Below are positions 35,321 through 45,504 of a stretch of DNA of 64,000 bases, one piece after another. Numbering within the stretch: the first letter of the stretch is position 1; each line of letters begins with the position of its first letter. This stretch comes from Myxococcales bacterium. GTDB taxonomy: Bacteria; Myxococcota_A; Bradymonadia; UBA7976; UBA1532. The DNA is taken from NCBI GenBank assembly GCA_020633435.1, contig JACKDP010000002.1, positions 567,788 to 631,787 on the forward strand, read 5' to 3'. The position numbers were made by a program, and so were the translations under genes. The notes below the pieces were generated by a model, which made no database searches, was not told the origin of the DNA, and worked only from the letters and a program-made list of their open reading frames with translations.

Positions 35321-38300
35321 CGGCAGGCGCACGCAGGCCAGCAGATCGGCCACCAGGGCCACCTGCTCCGGCGTGGCCTTGCCGCTGACGAGGCGGTCCC
35401 GGCAGAGGGCGTCTGCGACGGTCGCCAGGTCCGGATCGCCGCGCACGACCAGCGTGTCGGCCACGACGGCGGCCTCGACCGGCCAGCGGACGGCCTCCCC
35501 GAGCAGCCGCCCCTGGCGCTCGATGCGGTCGGCCAGGTGCGCCGTCGGCACGCGCCCGAAGTCGGCCCTCCAGCGGGCCGGCCAGCGGCGCAGCGCGTCG
35601 CCGAGGCCCCAGAGGGCGGCCACGCTCGCGCCCAGCTCGCCGGCCAGCGGCGCGATGCCGGTGGCGGTCGGCGCCCCCCGATCCTCGAACAACGCCCCCG
35701 CCCGGGGCACGCCGGCCTGGGCCAGGACCGCCTGCAGGGCGTCGGGATCGCTGTCCCCCGCGTGCACCGCCAGCAGATCCACGCCCTCGGCGCGCGCGGC
35801 GTGGACCAGGCTCATCGGCGCCGGCCACACCAGCCGCGGATCCGACGTCCAGCAGAGCGCCAGGCGCCCGCCGGCGTCGGCCACCACCACACCGCGGGCC
35901 GGCGCGGCCTCGCCCGCTCGCACCCAGGCGCGGGGGATGACGTCCGCCAGCTCGGGCTCGGGGCCGAGCAGCGCGTCGCCCTGGGCCATGAACGCCGTCG
36001 CCAGCTCGTCGAGCACGTCGGCGTAGTGGCGTGGCGCCGGGCCGGGGGGGATGCGCAGGGCCGCCACCAGCCGCGGCAGCGTCCGCCCCGCGCTGAAGCC
36101 GCCCCGCCGGCGCCCCAGCTCCCCCGGGGGCAGGTCGCGGATGAGCGTGCGGGCCGGGTGGCGGCTGTCGTCGTCGGCCAGGAACCAGGGCCCGTCGCCC
36201 AGGCCGTCCCGCGCCGCCTCGGCCGTCAGCCGGCGCGCCTCGATCTGATCCTCCAGCCAGCGCAGCACCACCTCGTCCAGGGCGCCGCCCGGCGGCACGC
36301 GGCCGAGGACGTCGGCCAGGCGGGCGTCGTCGGCGCCCCGGCAGCCCAGCCGGCGCCACACCGCCTCGGGCACGTCGGCCCGCAGCGCCACGGCCGGGTA
36401 GAGGCCGCCCGCGTCGGCCCCCAGCAGCGCCTGCACCGCGGGCGTGGGCCAGTAGAGGCGCGACGGTGAGCGCAGCCCGCCCTGGGCGTCGGGCAGCCAC
36501 GTCCGATCCCGCAGGCTGAGCGCCTCGATCAGCCGGGGGGCCTCGACGGCCCGGTCCAGCACGTAGCGCGCGCAGGCGAGCCGCTGCTCGCGGCCCTCCC
36601 CGGGGGGGTGGTCCAGCAGGGCCGTGAGGGCGGCGTCGTCCAGGTCGGCGTCGGCCCCGGCGCCGCGGATCAGCGCCCGCGTGGCCGCGTCGTAGCGCGG
36701 GTGCAGGATGGGGGGCGGCGCCGGCAGGAAGCCCGCCAGCGTGGTGGCCAGGTCGTCCCGGGCCGGCACCAGCACGGCCTTCGGGCGGTGGAAGGCCCCG
36801 TCGAGGGCCTGCACCCGGATGCGCCGGCCCAGCTTGAACCGCTGCGCCTGCTCGGCGGCGTGGGCCGGGCGGTCCGCCTCGACCCGCAGCGTCCGGGCCA
36901 GGAACGCCAGCAGCGTGGCCTGCCGCTCCCCGTCCCCGTCCGCCATCTGCAGGCCCTCCAGCACATGGTCCACCAGGGTGTGCAGCCGCGTTTTCTCCAA
37001 AGAATACAGGTCCTTGAAGAGGGCGCGCAGCGCCTCGGGCAGCTCGGCGGTCGGGTTCCACGAGAGGTCCAGATCGGGCAGGCCAGGCTCGAAGAGCAGC
37101 GCGTTGGCGGGGCGCAGCAGCCCGTCGGGGGTGGGCAGCACGCAGGCGCGCCCCAGGGCCGCGCGGGCCGCCTCGTCGGCGCCGATGACCTCGGCCCGGG
37201 CGAGCACGGCGCGGTACAAGGCGTGCCGGGCCTCGGGATCCGCGAAGGTGGGGTGCGTCTCCGCGGGCACCGGGGACGTCGCGTGCTCGGCCAGGGCCTC
37301 CAGCCAGCTGCGCACCGGCAGGCGCGGCGCGAGGGCCGGCGCGACGCCCCGGGCCACGGCGGCCCACGTCGGGTCGGCCAGCCGCACCACCAGCGGGGTG
37401 CGCGCCACGGTGGCCAGCTCGTCGAACGTCGCCTCGAAGCGGGCGCCACGGCACAGGCAGCCCTGGGCGTCCACGGTCAGCGGCAGGCGCGCTGGATCGA
37501 GGCCGGGCTCCTCCATGGCGACGACGAGCAGGCGCCCCACCTGGCCGGGCGTCTGCAGCCACGGCGGCTGCTCGGCCAGGGGCTCCCCGGGCCGGGCCTC
37601 CTCGGCCAGCTTCTCCAGCAGCAGCGACACCGGCGAGCGGAACCGCAGCACGCTGGCCAGGGCGTCGGCGTCGGCCTCCGCCCGGTGCTCGAGCAGCCCC
37701 GCCGGCGGCACCTCCACCACGCCCAGGAGCGCGGATCCTCGCAGCGCGGACGGCCGCACGAGGGCGGACGCCCGGGCGTGGCCGCCATCCTGGTGGGGCC
37801 ACACCGCCAGGTCGGCGAGGGCGGAATCCCAGGCGTCGACGAGGTGCACCAGCGTGTCGCGGACGGTGTCGAGCGCCACCGGGCGGGCGTCGGCCGTGAC
37901 CACCAGCGCCAGATCCGCCGGCCCCGCCGGCCGCAGCCGCAGCGCCTCCAGCAGCGGGGCCAGCGCGGCCTCCGCCGAGGGCTCCAGGCGCCGCCGCCCG
38001 GTGTGCTCCAGCGCGGCGGCCAGGGCGGCCGGGACGCGGTGCGCCCCGCCCCGATCCGGGGCGTCCCAGTGCCCGAGGGGGGCACGCTCGCCATCCGTCG
38101 TCGGGTACAGCGGCAGCGTCGTCAGCGGCGCGAGGCGCGACGGCGGCAGGCTCTGCCCGGCGGCGGCGAGGGCCTCGAAGAGCGCGTCGATGGGCACCTC
38201 GGCCACGTCGTCGGCCTCGGCGCTCGCCAGATCCTGCACCATGCGGCCCAGATCCGGCGTCCGCAGCGCCTCCTCCAGGCCCAGGGCCGTGGCGGCGCGG

Positions 38301-41236
38301 ATGGCCTCGGCGCCCGCGAGGGGCCAGGCCGCCAGCGCCCGGTACACGGCCGCCACGCGCGGATCGGCGGCCGGCGGTCGCAGGGCCGCGAGGGGCCGCA
38401 GCGCCCCGTCGCGGGCGGGCCAGATGGGGGCCTCGGCCAGCGCCTGCCGGGTCGGGCCGCTGATGCGCTCCGCGCGCTCCGCCACGAACGCGAGGGCCGC
38501 GCCGACGTCGCCGATGGCCTGGCCCGCCAGCTCGGGGGGCGGGCGCCCGGCCAGGTGCCGCGCCAGGTGGTCGGCCGTGAGCGCCACGATGGGCAGGCGC
38601 CCCACATGCGGCGCGCCCCGCGCCAGATCGCGGCGCAGCCAGGCCACCCCGGGCAGCAGGCCCCGCAGGCCATCTTCGGCGGGCACGAGGGCGCGGTCCG
38701 GCCCGAGGAGCGGGCGACGCTCGCCGGTGTCCGTGGGGAACACGGCGGCCGCCGCCAGCCGGTCGAGCTGGCGGCCCGACAGCTCGCCCTGGGTCTCGGC
38801 CAGGACGGCGTGCAGGGCGTCGAGCGCCGCGTCGTCGATGGGCAGGCCGTCGGCCGCGTAGAGCGCCAGCACCGCCGGCAGGTCGAGGACGGTCACCCCG
38901 AGGCGGCGCAGCAGATCCGCCTGGCTGGCCTGGATGCCGGCGTCGACGAGGGGCGGCCGCACCTCCAGGCCCCGCAGCCAGCCGCCGAGGGGGCCGGGCG
39001 CCGGCAGGAAGACGGCCTGGGGCCCCCGCACCGACCGCAGCCGCCCCCGCTCGTCGGGCACCAGCGGGGCGTCCTTGACCTGCTCGAGCTGGGCCGCGGG
39101 CCGCCCCGCCAGCCACCGCAGCACCCGACCAGCGCCGGCGCGGCTGACGATGGCCGCGGCGTCGGCCGCCAGATCGGCCAGCACGTCCTCGGCCGTGAGG
39201 CTGCCGACGCGCAGGCGCGCCCACAGGGGCCCCAGGTGCAGATCGGCGTCCAGTTCCGGGGCCAGCAGGGCCCGCCCCGGCGCGGCCAGCGCCCGCAACT
39301 CGGCGTCCGCCCTCAGGATTTCGGACGGCGCATGCAGCACGCCCGCGGCGTCGGGCAGCACCGCCAGCCCCCGCAGGGCGTCCACGGGCCAGCGCTCCCG
39401 GGCCAGGAACCGCAGGATGACGGGCATCGCGCCGGGCAGCCAGGCGGCCCCCTGGGCGGCGGTGAGGAGTGCGTCGAGGTCGGCGGGCGCCAGCGCCACC
39501 GCCCCCAGGTCCCGCGCCACCTCGGCCAGGCCCCCGGGCAGCGGCGCCACGGGGCGTCGCCCGGGCGCGGGCGCCAGCACGGCGGCGAGCGCGGCGTCGG
39601 GGACGAGCAGGGCGCCCGTCGGCGTGACCGGCTGGCCCTGGGCGTCCTGCAGCCACGGCACCTGGCGGACGGCCTCGCGAAACCCGGTCGCGACGTGCTC
39701 GAACGGCGCGGTGACGGCCTGCCGCGGCGCGACGGCCATCAGCGGGCGGGCGTCCAGGCCGGCCGCGACGCGGCGCTGGACGAGGCCGCCCAGCAGCGCC
39801 CCGGCCCGCGCCAGCGCGGCGTGGTTGGGGGCGTCGTCGCCGTCGATGCGCTCCCGATCCACGGGCACGGCGAAGCGGGCGTGGATCAAGAAGTCGTGGC
39901 CGCTCGGCTGCCGCGTCGGCAGGAACGCGAAGACGGAGGGCTCCCCGGCGGGCCAGCGCGCGGGCTGGCCTGCCGCGTCCAGGGCCACGGCCACCAGCAC
40001 CTCGTCCGCCGGGGCCCGGGGGCGCTCGGCGTGGTGGGCGGCCACCAGGAACCCCCGCCGCACCACCGGCCCGCCCTGGTCGTCGACGAGCTCCACGCGG
40101 TCGTCGCCGGTGCCCGGGCGCCGGGTCAGGCGGCGACGACCCGCGGCGTCCTCGATCTCGATGGTCTGCACGCTGCGCAGGGTGAGCAGGACGTGGGCCG
40201 GCAGCGCCCGGGCGCGGCGGGCGAGCGCCGCCACCCCCCGCGCCTCGTCGGCCGGATCGCGCAGCGGCAGGACGAGCGTCGTGCCCACGCCGCCGGGGCG
40301 GCGCTCCAGGGGCCGGGGCAGCGACACGTCGGCGATCTCGAAGGCGAAGACGTCGGAGTAGACGCGGGGCCGCTCGCAGACGGCGTAGACGGACTTGAAC
40401 CCCACGCCGAACAGGCCGATGTGGCCGGCCACCTTCGTGGTCTGGCCGATGGAGAGGACCCCCACCACGTCGCGCACGTCGAAGGGGGCCCCGTCGTGCC
40501 GGATCTCGACGGCGTCATCGGTGAACGTGACCCGCCAGGACCGGGCCCCGGCGTCGTCGGCGTTCTGCAGCAGCTCGGCCAGAAAGTGTCCGGGTTCCGT
40601 ATAGATACGCTGGGACAGCAGCTCCTCGGCCCGGGCCAGCGACAGGGAGCGGGGCTGGCTCGCGAGGACGGCGAGGACGCGGTCCCCGAAGGCCGCCCGG
40701 CGGGCGCGGAGGGCGTCGTCATCGGCCAGCGCGGCGATCCGGGCCCCGGGCAGCAGCAGCAGATCCTGGTCCGTCCCCTCCCCGGCGGCGACGCGCGCGC
40801 CGGCGGCGGCCTGGAGGTCGGCCAGGGTGGCGGGGGCGTGGCGCCCGAGCCAGCGCAGGATGACGCAGCTCTCGGCCAGGCGCTCGACGGGCTGGGCCAG
40901 GAGCGTGCGGGCCAGGAGCGCGGCGAGGGCGGCCTGGGCCTCGGCGTCGCCGGCCTGGCTGCCCGGGCCGAGGGCGCGCGCCAGCCCGGCGGCCGGGAGC
41001 GTGGCGAGGGCGTCGGCCAGGGCGCCTCGCACCGTCGGCTCCAGCACCGCCCCCGAGGCCAGCAGGCCCGCCATCAGGCGCGCGAAGGGCTCGAAGTCCG
41101 GGCCCTGGGCCGTCAGCGCCGTGAGCGTGGCGAGGCCCTGACCCGCGGCCACGGCGGCGTCGATGATCGCCGCCTGCGCGGCGAAGGGGGCCCGGGCGGC
41201 GGCGGCCCAGGCCTCGGCGGTCGGTGCGTGGGCCAT
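35321..41236 (-). CDS. giant (~1,970-aa in this frame) protein with N-terminal sacsin/NOV-type GHKL (Hsp90-like) ATPase domain and a long Ala/Leu/Arg-rich helical region; probably continuous with the transglutaminase-like segment
   Basis: Start taken at ATG 41236 (MAHAPTAEAW...). SQRIYTEPGHFLAELLQNADDAGARSWRVTF...IRHDGAPFDVRDVVGVLSIGQTTK...GLFGVGFKSVYAV is the Bergerat-fold N-box/G-box pattern seen in sacsin SRR/NOV-type GHKL ATPases. Coding-like composition runs to a Pro-rich linker at ~35300-35400, where the frame degenerates. The track ORF continues to 34730 as Arg-rich nonsense. Confidence 0.6.
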
Positions 41237-41324
41237 GGCGGAGGGAGTCGCACGGGCCGGGCCCCGGCCGCAAGATCGCGCGGTTCCTTGACGCCCACGC
41301 CCGACCACCGCACCCTCCCACGCC

Positions 41325-42020
41325 ATGGCCGAGACCCGCACCGTCCTCCCCACGCCGCACCCGAGGCTCGTCCGCGACGCCGCCGGGCAGCCCCTCCACC
41401 CGCCCGCCGACTGGAGCCTCCTGCCCCCTGGCGACGCCGCCCTCACCCGCCGCGTGCGGGCCGAGGGCGACCACTGGATCATGGAGGAGCGCCGGGGCCG
41501 CAAGGTCTTCTCCCGGGGCACCTGGGCGCCGACCGACCGCATCGAGCGCATCACCCGGATGCTGGAGCGCGAGCGCGCCCAGCCCGCCCATGGCGAGCGG
41601 CTGGCCCGGGATCGCGCCCGCCGCGACAAGGCCCAGGCCGCCTACGTCGAGGAGTTCCGCCGCGAGGTCCTGGCCTTCCTGGCCTTCGCCCCGCGGCACG
41701 CCGCCGTGGGGCTCGAGCTGGCGACGCGCATCGCCGAGCACGCGACCCCCGTGGGCAGTGGCACGGTGGCGCGCACGGCCCGCATCCCCGTGGCCGAGCG
41801 CGCCGAGGCCGCCGTCATCGCCTGGATGCGCCACCAGACCACGGCCTACGACCGCATGGTCATCCCCCGCATCAAGGGCGAGCGGCGCGAGACACGGCGG
41901 CGGCTGGCCGAGCGCTCGCGGCAGGTGCTGCAGCGCTACCGCGTCGACGCCGACCCGCCCGCCGACTGCCCCCTGCAGGCCGCCCTGGCCCGCCCGGCGC
42001 CCCCGCCCGACCCCGCCTGA
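41325..42020 (+). CDS. conserved hypothetical protein (231 aa), divergent from the giant gene
   Basis: Globular composition (WIMEERRGRKVFSRGTWAPTDRIERITRMLERE...AVIAWMRHQTTAYDRMVIPRIKGERRE). No family named with confidence. Confidence 0.5.
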   Translation: MAETRTVLPTPHPRLVRDAAGQPLHPPADWSLLPPGDAALTRRVRAEGDHWIMEERRGRKVFSRGTWAPTDRIERITRMLERERAQPAHGERLARDRARRDKAQAAYVEEFRREVLAFLAFAPRHAAVGLELATRIAEHATPVGSGTVARTARIPVAERAEAAVIAWMRHQTTAYDRMVIPRIKGERRETRRRLAERSRQVLQRYRVDADPPADCPLQAALARPAPPPDPA

Positions 42021-42129
42021 GCCGCCCCGCTTGACCGGCGCCCGGACCGCTGGTAGTCCCCTCGTTCCCCCGCCGTCTCCGCGCCACGCCCCGTGGCCGA
42101 GGCCGGTGGGGTCGGCGCGAGGGAGGATC

Positions 42130-43650
42130 ATGGCCGGCGTGGTGCTGACAGAGGCGGCGGCGACCGTCTGGCGGGCCCTGGAGGCGGGGCCCCGCGAGGT
42201 GGGGAGCCTGGTGGCGAGCACCGGGCTGGATCAGAGCCGCGTGATGGTGGTGGCGACGGAGGGCGAGGCCGGGGGCTTCCTGCACGTGGTGGCCCGGCCC
42301 CGCGACGAGGTGGAGCCCGCCGAGGATCTGGCGGCGCAGCTCGCCCTGGGCCTGCCCGAGCGGCGCGCGGCCCGCCTGCTGGCCGACGCCGGCGGCGCCC
42401 TCGCCATGGCGGACTTCGTGGCGGCGGCCCGCGACGCGGACGTGGCCGTCAACGAGGTCTTCCGCTTCGGGACCGCCCGCGGCTGGGTGCAGCGCGGCAA
42501 GGGCGAGGTGGTGCTCACCGACGCCGGCCGCGCCGCCCTCGACGCCCCCGCCGCCGACGAGGCCGCGCTGGCCCAGGTGCTGGCCGGCCAGCGCTTCGCC
42601 GATGAGTGGGCGGGCGTGGACGCGGCCGAGGCCCTGCGGCTGCTGCAGGGTCGCGCCGGCCTCGCGAAGCTGCGCAAGCGCACCGAGCGCGTGCTGGCCC
42701 TCACCAACGCCGGCGCCGCCGCCCTGGCCGCCGGCGTCACCGTGAAGCGCGAGCAGAACGCCCTGAGCCAGGAGGACCTGCGCTCCGGGGCCTGGCGCGA
42801 CATCACCCTGCGCCCGTACGACGTCACGCTGCCGGCGGCCACCGTCCGCCCGGCCCGCCTGCACCCGGTCCGCCGCATCATCGAGCAGGCCCGCCAGGCG
42901 TTCCTGGAGCTCGGCTTCGAGGAGGTCGCCTCCCCGGCCGTCGAGAGCGCGTTCTGGAACTTCGACGCCCTGTTCCAGCCCCAGGACCACCCCGCCCGGG
43001 ACATGCAGGACACCTTCTACATGGCCGAGCCGGCGCGCACGACGCTGCCCGATCCGGCCATCGTGCAGGCCGTCCGCGGCGCGCACGAGGACGGCGGCGA
43101 CACCGGCTCGACGGGCTGGGGCTACACCTGGCGGCCCGAGCGCGCCGAGGCGGTGGTGCTGCGCACGCACACCACGGCGGCCACCATCCGCGCCCTCGCC
43201 CGCAAGCCGAACCCGCCCCACAAGGCCTTCTGCGTCGGGTGGACGCACCGCAACGAGACCTTGAGTTTCAAGCACTTGCCGGTGTTCCACCAGATCGACG
43301 GCATCATCATCGACGAGCACGCCAACCTGGCCACGCTGCTGGGGACGCTGGACGCGTTCTACCGGAAGATGGGCTTCTCGGGCGTGCGCTTCAAGCCGGC
43401 CTTCTACCCCTACACCGAGCCCAGCGTGGACGTGATGGTCTACATGGAGAGCCGCGGGAAGTGGATCGAGATGGGCGGCAGCGGGATCTTCCGCCCCGAG
43501 GTCACCGAGCCCCTGGGCTGCAAGCACCCCGTGCTGGCGTGGGGCCTGGGCGTCGAGCGCCTGGCCATGCTGCGCCTGGGCTTCCCGGACATCCGGGAGC
43601 TGTACCAGGGCGGCCTTGACACCGTGGAGGGGGTGCCGCTGTGCCGGTAG
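42130..43650 (+). CDS. pheS: phenylalanine--tRNA ligase alpha subunit, archaeal/eukaryotic-type (long form, 506 aa)
   Basis: Class II motifs: FQPQDHPARDMQDTFY, the motif-2 region FRPE, and motif 3 GLGVERLAMLRLGFPDIRELY. The ~200-aa N-terminal extension and overall length fit the archaeal/eukaryotic-type alpha subunit rather than the ~340-aa bacterial one. GGGAGGA RBS. Confidence 0.8.
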   Translation: MAGVVLTEAAATVWRALEAGPREVGSLVASTGLDQSRVMVVATEGEAGGFLHVVARPRDEVEPAEDLAAQLALGLPERRAARLLADAGGALAMADFVAAARDADVAVNEVFRFGTARGWVQRGKGEVVLTDAGRAALDAPAADEAALAQVLAGQRFADEWAGVDAAEALRLLQGRAGLAKLRKRTERVLALTNAGAAALAAGVTVKREQNALSQEDLRSGAWRDITLRPYDVTLPAATVRPARLHPVRRIIEQARQAFLELGFEEVASPAVESAFWNFDALFQPQDHPARDMQDTFYMAEPARTTLPDPAIVQAVRGAHEDGGDTGSTGWGYTWRPERAEAVVLRTHTTAATIRALARKPNPPHKAFCVGWTHRNETLSFKHLPVFHQIDGIIIDEHANLATLLGTLDAFYRKMGFSGVRFKPAFYPYTEPSVDVMVYMESRGKWIEMGGSGIFRPEVTEPLGCKHPVLAWGLGVERLAMLRLGFPDIRELYQGGLDTVEGVPLCR

Positions 43651-45446
43651 TCAGCATCGACGCGGCGCGGCTCAACGCGCTGCTGGCCAACAGCTACGCG
43701 CCCGAGCGGCTCTCGGACGCGCTGGAGCAGATCGGCTGCGACGTCGAAGAGGTCGTCGAGCTGGGGCGGTTCCGCTGCCCCGTCTGCGCCTCCATGGTCG
43801 AGGGCAGCCAGGGCGCCGAGACGCGCGTCTGCGGCGTCTGTGGCCACAGCCAGGAGGCCGTCTTCGAGCAGGTCGACACCATCACGGCCATCCGCCTGGA
43901 CCTGCTGGCGGCGCGCCCCGACCTCTTCGACATCGGCGGCCTGGCCCGCGCCCTCCAGGGCTACCTGGGCGAGGTGCGCGGCATGCCGCAGTACCCGACG
44001 GCGGCGTCGCCGGTGGTGGTGCGGGTGGACGCCAGCGTCGCGCGGCCCGAGAGCTTCCGGCCGCACATCCGCTGCGCCGTGGTGCAGGTGCCGCCGCTCG
44101 ACGACGTGGGCCTGGCCACCCTGATGAAGCTGCAGGAGAACCTGCACTGGGGCGTCGGCCGCGACCGCAAGCTGGCCAGCATCGGCGTCTACGACCTCGA
44201 CACGCTTGAGGGCGACATCGCCTATACCACCCTCGATCCCGACGCCGAGCCCTTCGAGCCCCTGGGCATGCCCGGCGTGACGATGAGCGGGCGGACGATC
44301 CTGGAGGAGCACCCCAAGGGCACGGCCTACGCCCACCTGCTGGCGGATCTGAAGCGCTACCCGGTGCTGCGCGACGCCGCCGGTCAGGTGCTGTCGATGC
44401 CGCCCATCATCAACAGCGAGGGCACCCGCGTCCGCGTGGGCTCGACGCGCCTCTTCGTCGACGTGACGGGCCCCTCCGAGGCGGCCGTCGTCAACAGCCT
44501 GAACATGCTGGTCTCGTCGCTCTGCGAGCTGGGCGGCCAGGTGTCGACGGTGCGGGTGATCGGCAGCGACGGCGCCGAGGTCGTCTCCCCCGACCTGACG
44601 CCCCGGAAGTACGAGGTCTCGCTCTCGCGGGCGAAGCAGTGGCTCGGCCTGCCCCTCGACGCGACGAGCCTGGTGGACTGCTTCGAGCGGATGCGGCTGG
44701 ACGTCGCGGCCCTCGACGGCGGCGATCTGTTCCAGGTCACCTGCCCCGCTTTCCGCAGTGATGTCCGGCACATGGTCGATCTCTTCGAGGATCTGGCCAT
44801 CGGCTTCGGCTACGAGAACATCGTCCCGGCCATCGTGCCGACGATGACGGTGGGGCGGCCCCGGCCGGAGGAGCAGCTCTCCCACCTCGTGCGCACGGCC
44901 CTCGTCGGCCTGGGCTACACCGAGACGATGAGCCTGCCCATGACGACGGAGGCGGACCACTTCACCCGCCTCGGCCAGCCGGTGCCCGAGCACTTCGTCC
45001 GGGTAGCCAACCCGAAGCTGCGGGCCCTCACGGTGGTGCGCTCGCACCTCATGGGCGGGGTGCTGCAGGCCCTGCACGAGAACCGCCGCCGTCCCATGCC
45101 CGTGCGCATCTTCGAGCTGGACAACTGCGTGCGCCTGGACCCGGCGGGCGAGAACGGCACCACGGAGGAGCGCCGCCTCTGCTTCGCCGACATCGGGCCC
45201 GACGCGGGCTACGCCTCGGTGCGCGCGCGGCTGGACGCCCTGCTCTGGGAGCTCGGCCTGACGGCCACGTTCACCGCCGTCGAGCACCCCGCCTTCGTGC
45301 CCGGCCGCGTGGCCCGCTTCACCACCGGCACCCCGGTGGAGGGCCTCATCGGCGAGGTGGCCCCCGGCGTCCTCGACGCCTTCGGCATCGACCTCCCCGT
45401 CGGCCTCGTGGAGTGCCTGATCGCCCCCCTCGCCTGGGACCTTTGA
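43641..45446 (+). CDS. pheT: phenylalanine--tRNA ligase beta subunit, archaeal/eukaryotic-type (601 aa)
   Basis: The GTG start overlaps the pheS stop by 10 nt. MPVVSIDAARLNAL... resembles an archaeal PheT N-terminus. B3/B4 and B5 regions are present with no bacterial-type N-terminal tRNA-binding or C-terminal anticodon-binding domains. ~600 aa versus ~800 aa for bacterial PheT. Confidence 0.8.
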   Translation: MPVVSIDAARLNALLANSYAPERLSDALEQIGCDVEEVVELGRFRCPVCASMVEGSQGAETRVCGVCGHSQEAVFEQVDTITAIRLDLLAARPDLFDIGGLARALQGYLGEVRGMPQYPTAASPVVVRVDASVARPESFRPHIRCAVVQVPPLDDVGLATLMKLQENLHWGVGRDRKLASIGVYDLDTLEGDIAYTTLDPDAEPFEPLGMPGVTMSGRTILEEHPKGTAYAHLLADLKRYPVLRDAAGQVLSMPPIINSEGTRVRVGSTRLFVDVTGPSEAAVVNSLNMLVSSLCELGGQVSTVRVIGSDGAEVVSPDLTPRKYEVSLSRAKQWLGLPLDATSLVDCFERMRLDVAALDGGDLFQVTCPAFRSDVRHMVDLFEDLAIGFGYENIVPAIVPTMTVGRPRPEEQLSHLVRTALVGLGYTETMSLPMTTEADHFTRLGQPVPEHFVRVANPKLRALTVVRSHLMGGVLQALHENRRRPMPVRIFELDNCVRLDPAGENGTTEERRLCFADIGPDAGYASVRARLDALLWELGLTATFTAVEHPAFVPGRVARFTTGTPVEGLIGEVAPGVLDAFGIDLPVGLVECLIAPLAWDL

Positions 45447-45504
45447 CCGCGGGCCCACAAGGTACGATGATGCCGGGAGAGGTGCGTCACCGCTGGAGGC
45501 ACCG

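Noticed and set aside
33771-39656. Upstream ~1,450 codons of the 1,961-aa minus ORF
   Set aside because: Only the C-terminal ~500 codons (transglutaminase-like) look like real protein. The rest is an alternative frame of the giant gene (poly-G/R/A/P).
36608-42034. 1,808-aa plus-strand ORF
   Set aside because: Antisense of the giant GHKL gene. It is extremely Gly/Arg/Gln/Pro-rich with no domain features.
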